DNA of 63,849 bases, filler included, from Nanobdellota archaeon (GTDB lineage: Archaea > Nanobdellota > Nanobdellia > Woesearchaeales > CAZZGN01), in assembly GCA_051819665.1 (NCBI GenBank). It is 3 parts of 3 records of this genome, joined end to end, with 100 filler letters (N's around TTAATTAATTAA, not from the genome) between each part and the next. Parts side by side here need not be neighbours in the genome. Positions count along the whole stretch, not along the records: positions 50,691 to 63,849 come from JBNJDG010000030.1; 2 more parts are not named here. One strand, written 5' to 3'. Shown piece by piece: positions 57,024 through 63,849 of this stretch. The notes beneath the pieces were generated by a model, which was not told the DNA's origin, did not search any database, and saw only the letters and a program-made list of their open reading frames with translations. How positions within the stretch are numbered: position 1 is the first letter of the stretch; each line of letters starts with the position of its first letter. A program made the position numbers and the translations under genes.

Positions 57024-57682
57024 CTTAACCCTCCTGTCTTCCACCTTATCATATCGAGGACTATCCTTATTCCGTCAAGTACAGTAGTTCCTTTATTATT
57101 ATCATGATAGAGAGTCTTCACGAACATTTCAGAATACTTCAGCTTATGCTTCCCTGCCCTTGCGATCATCTCGGATTCCATCGAATAATCGTCGCCCTTC
57201 CATCTTATCCTCTTGTAAGCAGAAGCTGTGAAAGCCCTGAAACCGCATTGTGTGTCCTTGAGCTTCACATGGAAAAGGCTGTTGGAGAGAAGGCTTATGA
57301 AGAAATTCCCTATGCGCATCAGGAGAGGCATTTCCCTGTTTATCTTCCTCGAGCCGAAGATTATTTCCTTCTCCTCAAGCTCATCCAAGAATAAGGGTAT
57401 GAGGGAAGGCTCATGCTGGCCATCTGCGTCCATGACGACGATCTTCTCAGCACCTTTCCTTACAGCCTCGTCACATCCCTGCCTTAAAGCAGCTCCTTTA
57501 CCGAGGCTCTTCTTCCTCCTGATGGCTTCAGCATATCTCTCAGCAATGTCGGCTGTCCTATCAGAAGAGGCATCATCAATCACAAGAAGGTTCCTGCAGA
57601 GGTTCTTGGCTTCCTGCAGGACATATTCAAGGTTCTCTTCCTCGTTCTTCGCAGGTATGACGACCCAATCATTGCGTCCCAT
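57020..57682 (-). CDS. GT2 glycosyltransferase (polyprenol-phosphate glycosyltransferase-like)
   Basis: VVIPAKNEE, IDDASSD, GKG.A, MDADGQH, DTQCGFRA. Confidence 0.92.
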   Translation of the reverse strand: MGRNDWVVIPAKNEEENLEYVLQEAKNLCRNLLVIDDASSDRTADIAERYAEAIRRKKSLGKGAALRQGCDEAVRKGAEKIVVMDADGQHEPSLIPLFLDELEEKEIIFGSRKINREMPLLMRIGNFFISLLSNSLFHVKLKDTQCGFRAFTASAYKRIRWKGDDYSMESEMIARAGKHKLKYSEMFVKTLYHDNNKGTTVLDGIRIVLDMIRWKTGGLR

Positions 57683-60395
57683 TCAGGTTTACCTCATAGA
57701 GGTATATGTCTCTACCGTCTATGCCTGTCTCATGAGATACCAGGTTGTAGTTGTCAAGCCCTTTGCCTTCGAAGAAGAACAGCCTGGTGAACATGCTCGT
57801 CGTCTGTTCGGGCTGGGCCAGTATCGACCTGTAATTGCCGTTCCTCTTGTACAGTACAGCACCGTAGTTCTCTCCGCTGTCATACTCGGTGACGGAGAAA
57901 CTGCCGTTGATCTCGGTTGCGAGCTTTACTGGAGTGAAAGTTCCCTGCTGGGATCTTACCTGTGCATCCCTTGTCTCCAGGTCGTACACGAGACCGTTCT
58001 GGCATGCTAAAGTGCCGTTGTTCTCCCTGCATCCTGCCTGGTCAGAAGCATAGCTCGGCCATTCGGCAACCCATTCATCACCGTCCTTGCTCTGGATATT
58101 CGCATACATCCTTCTCGCTTCGTTTTCACTGAAGTTCTGCTCCTGAAGGAATTCAAGGGCTTCTCCTTCATCCATGCTGTTGACCCTGTTGTATATGAAA
58201 CCCCTGTCGAAGTCCCATGAACCGAAATGTCCCCATACACCGGATTTTCCGATCATGTCTTCAGAAGCTATCATATACTGATCGTATGTGTCCTTGCAGT
58301 GGGTGTATTCGAGCACCTTGTCTTTATCCTCAACCTCTTTCTCTTCAAGGATCTTCCTGGCTTCTTCCCTGTCGACAGAGATCACTTCCTGCACGGTCTT
58401 TACAGCTTCATAATCTTCCATCTCTTCCTCGAGCTCTTCCACAGCCCTGTTCTGTCCGCAGTTGAGCATCCTGAGGATATCGACGGATTCTTTCTCGCTG
58501 TCCGTTACGAGGGTCTTACCGACCCAGTGGATCCTTCTTCCCTGATTACCTCCGTCGAAAGTCACCATCCTCTGGCTTCCTGCGACGAACCAGTGGCCGA
58601 AATCCCACCATGAGGTTATTATAGCAGGGTCAGACCTCTCATTTATCGTGCTTAGTGTAGAGTCCCATGCATCGTTATAGCTGGGTATCTCGTGTACAGC
58701 TCTCTCGTGCCCTGCATTTATGGGCGTAGGGAGGATTATCCATAACAATAGTATCAACACTACTGTCCTTGTAAGAACCTTGTTTATGCTCAGGTTCTTC
58801 GAGATCCATTCGCTTCCTCTTATGTATATCCTGGCAGCAGCCACTCCCAGAAGTATACCGAAGAAAGGAGTGAATAATGCTGAGAATCTTATCCCCTTAA
58901 CAGCTGCATAGAATGTACCAAGGAAAAGCAGCAATAGAAGGAAACTGTCTCTCAGCTTCAGATGTGTCTTGTAGAACATCGAGTAGATGGCTATGACTAT
59001 CACAGGAAAGCTTACAAGGAAACCGAAAGTGAGAATGCTTCCTATCGAGCCCTTGATGGCCATCACGAGCAGATACCATGCACCAGCACCTGCAAGAAGG
59101 TATTTATCATTCCTGAACATCTTCCCGGCTGGCATCGTAAGGAATACTATTCCCAGCATGGAAAGCAGGAATATCACAGGTGTTCCCATCGTGTTCATCA
59201 CTTTCTGTATGCTTGCCGGGTTAAGCTCTGCAACCGTTGTCATCACATTCGGCCATATGGATGTTATAGCGACGTCTTTCAGGTTTATGAAATCCACCGG
59301 CTCGAGGAAAGCCTGGAAATATTTCGAGAAACTTATCGCGCTTCCGAATACTATTGTCTTGGCTACACCGACGAAGACGAATGCAGAGACGATATAACTT
59401 CCAAGTACATTAACCGAGCCTTTGAACTTCTCATAGAAGCCTTTACAGCTCTTCACCTTGTCCCTGTGCTTTATCGCCATCACTATGAGATAGCCTATCA
59501 GGCCTCCGACGATGGCATCATGGGGATACCACCATCCGGTCCAGGCCATAGAGTAGAAGCCGGTGAAAAGGCCGGCTAAGCCCCCGAAGATATACTTGTT
59601 CCTCGAACTCTTCGTATAGAGGGCCTCTATGATGAACCATAATATGAATAACGGGAAGAAGACGTTATGGGCATCAGTATCTGAAAAACCTGCAACTGTC
59701 CTGCTCACGATGGCACTGTGGACAGCGACTATCATCGCAGATATGAAACCGCCGAGGTTATTGCTCAGCCTCCTGCCGATGAAGAAAGCAGGAATGACTG
59801 CAAGGGTCACCCATATAAGGGGGAAGAGGAACACTGATTTCATAACGGATGTGTCCTTGAATATATTGATGAAGTTGTGGAATTTCGCCATCAGCCACGG
59901 GTGGAACCTTGTTGAGTCACCATCACCATGAGCGAACCTTCCTCCTCTCAAAGTATTCACAGGCTCTCCGTCGATCATCTCATTGCCCGGATGTCCTGTC
60001 TTAAGATAGTTCTTCGTATATTGATACTGCATCCAGGGGTCTATCGCAAGGAGGTATGTATCGCCATTCTCGTCCCTAAGCTTTGATTTCATCTGCTCGG
60101 AAGCCCTTTCAACTTCTTTCTGGTATCTCTCTCCTCCCTGTTCGGAAAGTCTGCTCAGCTGTTCATTTACCATCTCCTTCTTCTTCTCGGGAGGGAGATA
60201 GGCGTATTTCTCATCCACCTGTTCCTGGACCCTGCCCTTGTAGAACTGCTGGACGTTCTGTTCAGCCTGTTTATCCATGAGAGGAAGCTGGTCCGGCTGG
60301 ATCCTCAGATAGCCGCTCACAAGCAAAGGAATGAGAAGCAGCAGTATTGTGATTATGACATTGACTTTTTTCTTATCGATCTTGATATTTTTCAT
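57669..60395 (-). CDS. aglB: archaeal oligosaccharyltransferase (STT3 family)
   Basis: Multi-TM; DP, DTD, TVAE, SWWDFGHW and MIGK motifs. Confidence 0.93.
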   Translation of the reverse strand: MKNIKIDKKKVNVIITILLLLIPLLVSGYLRIQPDQLPLMDKQAEQNVQQFYKGRVQEQVDEKYAYLPPEKKKEMVNEQLSRLSEQGGERYQKEVERASEQMKSKLRDENGDTYLLAIDPWMQYQYTKNYLKTGHPGNEMIDGEPVNTLRGGRFAHGDGDSTRFHPWLMAKFHNFINIFKDTSVMKSVFLFPLIWVTLAVIPAFFIGRRLSNNLGGFISAMIVAVHSAIVSRTVAGFSDTDAHNVFFPLFILWFIIEALYTKSSRNKYIFGGLAGLFTGFYSMAWTGWWYPHDAIVGGLIGYLIVMAIKHRDKVKSCKGFYEKFKGSVNVLGSYIVSAFVFVGVAKTIVFGSAISFSKYFQAFLEPVDFINLKDVAITSIWPNVMTTVAELNPASIQKVMNTMGTPVIFLLSMLGIVFLTMPAGKMFRNDKYLLAGAGAWYLLVMAIKGSIGSILTFGFLVSFPVIVIAIYSMFYKTHLKLRDSFLLLLLFLGTFYAAVKGIRFSALFTPFFGILLGVAAARIYIRGSEWISKNLSINKVLTRTVVLILLLWIILPTPINAGHERAVHEIPSYNDAWDSTLSTINERSDPAIITSWWDFGHWFVAGSQRMVTFDGGNQGRRIHWVGKTLVTDSEKESVDILRMLNCGQNRAVEELEEEMEDYEAVKTVQEVISVDREEARKILEEKEVEDKDKVLEYTHCKDTYDQYMIASEDMIGKSGVWGHFGSWDFDRGFIYNRVNSMDEGEALEFLQEQNFSENEARRMYANIQSKDGDEWVAEWPSYASDQAGCRENNGTLACQNGLVYDLETRDAQVRSQQGTFTPVKLATEINGSFSVTEYDSGENYGAVLYKRNGNYRSILAQPEQTTSMFTRLFFFEGKGLDNYNLVSHETGIDGRDIYLYEVNLNGTQ

Positions 60396-60427
60396 TGGTG
60401 ACCCCCTTCGCATCTGATGTGAGCAAA

Positions 60428-61456
60428 TTATTTATAAATCTTGTGTAGAATTGGCAGGATTTTGCCCGCAAACCCGAGAAAGCCAGGCTCTCTCAAAATG
60501 ACCTTCATTATGAAATCGGCTTTTTCCCTGTCTTCCTCCTCGAGGATGTGCTTAACATTACCGGCAAGTTTTACAAGCTTTTCATAATCCCTGTCATCGA
60601 ATCGGTCAAGGATGTTCCTTATGAACTTATGCCTCTTCAACTGTCTGTGCAGTTCGAGATCCTTGTTCCTGAGCATATCCCTGCCGGAGCTTATCACTTC
60701 CTCCGCTCCTTCCAGGCCTGGTAAGATGCCTCCTCCTGTACTGGCTTTCACATGTCCTGCAGCATCTCCGACGAGCATCAGCTGTCCTTTCTTCACAACA
60801 AGGTCTTTATCATAAACCGGGATCATGCCTGCCTGTGTATTCCTGCCTGCTGATTCTGTCTTTTTCCTGCCTATAGCTCCCTGCCTGATCTTCCCGGCTG
60901 CTTCAGGAACTTCCCATGAGAAGAATTTCCCTTTTCCCAGAGCTACCCTGAATACATCTCTCTCTGTCTTTCCTTTCTCTATATCCTGGTATCCGAACAC
61001 TTTCTTGATACCTTCCGGATTAAGGTATCTCCTTACGCTGCTGTTCGCTCCGTCTGCACCGATGAGGTAATCGAATCCATACTCCTCTTCGTTGATTATC
61101 GCTTTCCCCTTATTTATGCCCTGGAACTTATAGCCCTTCTTTATACGGGCACCTGCCTTCTCTGCTCTCCCGGCCATGAGCTTATCGAACTTATCTCTGT
61201 GGAGGACTGTCTCTTTGTTCCTTAACCTGAATTCCTCTCTTTCGTTCCCGCTTTCCACGATGACCTTGCTGATCCTGTTAGCTATGACGCTCTCCGGAAG
61301 CTTGAGGTCCTTAGAGGATGTTATCAGGCCGGTGCATTGGATGGGTTTGCCTATCTCTTCATGCTCTTCAAAGATCGTGACTTCGTTCCCTCTCTCTGCT
61401 AGAAGCTTAGCAGCATGACAACCGGCAGGCCCTGCCCCTATTATTATATACCTCAT
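60428..61456 (-). CDS. geranylgeranyl reductase family FAD oxidoreductase
   Basis: IIGAGPAG, P..C.G, R..FD, IGADG..S.VR, LVGDAAG.VK..TGGGI. Confidence 0.87.
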   Translation of the reverse strand: MRYIIIGAGPAGCHAAKLLAERGNEVTIFEEHEEIGKPIQCTGLITSSKDLKLPESVIANRISKVIVESGNEREEFRLRNKETVLHRDKFDKLMAGRAEKAGARIKKGYKFQGINKGKAIINEEEYGFDYLIGADGANSSVRRYLNPEGIKKVFGYQDIEKGKTERDVFRVALGKGKFFSWEVPEAAGKIRQGAIGRKKTESAGRNTQAGMIPVYDKDLVVKKGQLMLVGDAAGHVKASTGGGILPGLEGAEEVISSGRDMLRNKDLELHRQLKRHKFIRNILDRFDDRDYEKLVKLAGNVKHILEEEDREKADFIMKVILREPGFLGFAGKILPILHKIYK

Positions 61457-61616
61457 GATCTCTCGGAGAATTGGTTTCGTTTATATTTCTATTGGTGACC
61501 ATACAAATCCATACTAATTATTAATTGACGTTACCGTAAAGTGATTACAATTCAAAAGTTTTATATATATGTTAGTATTACATGGTGATTAAATCAGAAT
61601 CAAAGGGGGTATATCC

Positions 61617-62684
61617 ATGAACAAGACGCTTAATTACATTTTATCGACAGGAGTGGCACTGACTTTATCTTTTAATGCATTCGGCCAGAAGGACAAGGAC
61701 GCTTCCATGCAGAAGACTATGAGTTCTATAGACTCTGTAACGGCGAATATAGAACAATTTTATGACAGTCTTTCTGTTGCTAACAGTTTCGATGATACAA
61801 AACAGGTCAGAGACTCGGTAATTAAAGAAATGGTTGGCGATGAAGGCCTTGAGGGGAAGCTTGAGGTATACAAAGGCACCCTTGAGGTAATAAAGGAGCA
61901 TCATCCTGATCTTATTAATAATGCAAAGAACTTTGCGGAGATCAATAATGAGATTCTCGGATATCTAAAGAATGAAACAGAGGATGTTACAGTAAATGAT
62001 CTTGTCGAGAAGGTTGAAGGGATGAAGACCTTTGAGAAGGCAGTTGAGGAATATTGTCAGGATTCGACCAGAACGGATACGACTAAAGAGGTAGAGAAAG
62101 ACACTTCCAGGACAGGTTATGATGGACAAGCATCTGTCGCCGGCGGCTTTGCCGGAGGTAATGCGAAGAAGGTAACTGCGGGATACAAGCAGGACTTTAC
62201 AGATAGGGACAAATTCAATTTTTATGCTACATTCAATGCAAGCCTTTCCGGAGGAAGCAATTCTTTCCCTGAAGGTACCGAGGATTGGGAATCAGGCGAG
62301 ACCAACAGGTCGGAGAGCAAACTCAATGTAGAGCCGAAATATGATATCTCTGCAGCCCTTGGCGGATCATATCAGATAGGTAATCTCGAGATCAGCCTGG
62401 AAGGCGGTGCCAAGGCAGGTGGTTTTTCCACATATAAGGAGCTTACAAGGATGAATGAAAATGGTCGTGATGTGAAGACAGGTCAGCCAGAGGATGTTAC
62501 TGCATTAACGCCATACCTTGGTGCGGAAGTCGATGTAGGTTTCAATGATTCTATATTCGGAATGTTCGGCAAGTATGAGAGGAATTTCAATGAGAAACCT
62601 TTCAATCCGAATGAGGCGAAGCTGGGATTTACTATCGATGTAAGCGGTGATAATAATTACACGAAAAGCGGTGATAACAAATGA
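61617..62684 (+). CDS. secreted protein with helical N-domain and beta-barrel-like C-domain
   Basis: Signal peptide; C-terminal half of alternating Gly/aromatic amphipathic strands. Confidence 0.6.
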   Translation: MNKTLNYILSTGVALTLSFNAFGQKDKDASMQKTMSSIDSVTANIEQFYDSLSVANSFDDTKQVRDSVIKEMVGDEGLEGKLEVYKGTLEVIKEHHPDLINNAKNFAEINNEILGYLKNETEDVTVNDLVEKVEGMKTFEKAVEEYCQDSTRTDTTKEVEKDTSRTGYDGQASVAGGFAGGNAKKVTAGYKQDFTDRDKFNFYATFNASLSGGSNSFPEGTEDWESGETNRSESKLNVEPKYDISAALGGSYQIGNLEISLEGGAKAGGFSTYKELTRMNENGRDVKTGQPEDVTALTPYLGAEVDVGFNDSIFGMFGKYERNFNEKPFNPNEAKLGFTIDVSGDNNYTKSGDNK

Positions 62685-63849
62685 GAAGGCTCTTTATCTT
62701 ACTGGCAGTCCTTCTGCTGTTCTCGCCTGTGGCGAGCGCTCTGGTGGACACGGATCTCCAGTATCCGGATGGAACCACGGATAAGGACATGGAATATGAC
62801 AACAGTTATGATGTCGATTATGATATCTGGGCTTATGAGGGTGACTATCCGGTGAACTATGAGATCGGGATATATGATGACGGTTCTCTTGTCGAGACGC
62901 TTGAAGAAGGATCCACCGGCGAAGCCATGGGTGGGACTGTATCCATAGAGACTAAAGATATCCCTGAAGGTGCTTATACAGCAAGGCTGAGCACCACTGA
63001 TTTCACAGGTGGTACTGATACATCCGAAGTTACTTTCACCCTGAGCCAGCCGATCGTTACCATCTCGCCTTCTTATGCAGAGCTCTATCCGTCAGAGACT
63101 GGATCTTTCACTGCAACAGGCGGATCCTCTGGTGAGTATGAATGGTCGATAATTGAAGGGGCCCAAAGATGCAGTGTTGATGATGGAACCGTTACAGCAG
63201 ACTCTGAAGGCAGCTGTACAGTGAAGGCGGAGGATACGGGCAGCCCGTCTTATGATACTGCTGATATAGAGGTCAAGGCAATGCCTTCGATGAGCATAAC
63301 GCCTTCCGGCGCAGAGCTTTATCCCGGGCAGGAGCAGGATTTCACAGCTTCAGGAAGCACAGGAGATGTCAGCTGGTCAATCAGCTCAGGAGATTCACAA
63401 TGCTCTATAGACAGCTCAGGTACACTTACAGCTGAAGCAGAAGGGTCCTGCACGGTCAGGGCAGACGATATGGATTCTCCTGCTTATGCAGAAGCGGCTG
63501 TAACTGTTCTCGCCAAGCCGAATATAGGTATAGATCCTTCATCAGTATCGATGTATGAGGGAGAGGAGCAGGACTTCAGCCTTACTGGTGCTGATAAGGC
63601 TATCTGGTCAGTATCCAATGATAACTGCGGTCTTACGGTCACTGCAGATGATGAGGTGACAGTCTCAGGAGAAAACACAGGCAGTTGTACTCTTACGGCA
63701 GAGCATGAATCTGGAGCGGAAGCAGAGGCAGATATAGAGATAACAGAGCTTCCGTCTGTAGATGTCATGCCCGATTCGGTATTTATTTACAGGAACCAGG
63801 TCCAGACATTCGCGAGCAATAAGGATGTCACTTGGTCCTTTAGCTCTGG
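62681..63849 (+). CDS. large secreted Ig-like repeat surface protein (runs off the window)
   Basis: Absent from the ORF track (no stop in window); MRRLFILLAVLLLFSPVASA signal; repeats of I.PS.AELY......F.A.G....W.....C....G..TA..EG.CTV.A. Confidence 0.85.
   Translation, partial: MRRLFILLAVLLLFSPVASALVDTDLQYPDGTTDKDMEYDNSYDVDYDIWAYEGDYPVNYEIGIYDDGSLVETLEEGSTGEAMGGTVSIETKDIPEGAYTARLSTTDFTGGTDTSEVTFTLSQPIVTISPSYAELYPSETGSFTATGGSSGEYEWSIIEGAQRCSVDDGTVTADSEGSCTVKAEDTGSPSYDTADIEVKAMPSMSITPSGAELYPGQEQDFTASGSTGDVSWSISSGDSQCSIDSSGTLTAEAEGSCTVRADDMDSPAYAEAAVTVLAKPNIGIDPSSVSMYEGEEQDFSLTGADKAIWSVSNDNCGLTVTADDEVTVSGENTGSCTLTAEHESGAEAEADIEITELPSVDVMPDSVFIYRNQVQTFASNKDVTWSFSS

Noticed and set aside
63484..63768. 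94-aa minus-strand ORF
   Set aside because: Antisense to the open plus-strand Ig-repeat gene starting at 62681

Overview
Archaeal DNA: it encodes S19e/L39e/L31e, AglB, RFC large subunit, CarS, TrmB and a Hel308-type helicase, with TATA/BRE-like promoters and GGTGA-type ribosome-binding sites. The compact layout and gene set suggest a DPANN/Woesearchaeota-like genome (inference). The window is three contigs joined by artificial 100-nt N44-TTAATTAATTAA-N44 linkers (25482-25581, 50591-50690), so adjacency across them is meaningless. Most content is housekeeping: lysS (class II), cysS, valS, serS, rad50, PGI/PMI-ROK-TrmB, SepF-like plus MoxR/VWA genes, tsaC, tatD, tRNA-Thr(GGT), tRNA-Leu(TAA) and an N-glycosylation cluster. 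The most notable items are: (1) a protein with six exact 34-aa repeats in TAL-effector register and a possibly sigma-like C-terminus; (2) a tandem pair of YkuD L,D-transpeptidase genes, one intact and one with a rewired active site, in an organism not expected to make peptidoglycan; (3) an unannotated operon of three coupled micro-ORFs; (4) structured repeats with a covarying hairpin plus a tRNA-3'-like core at the window start; (5) an AT-rich toxin-antitoxin island with flanking direct repeats and scars; (6) a Hel308 lacking its ATPase domain; (7) a secreted beta-barrel-like protein coupled to an Ig-repeat surface protein. All family calls come from reading motifs by eye; no searches were run.
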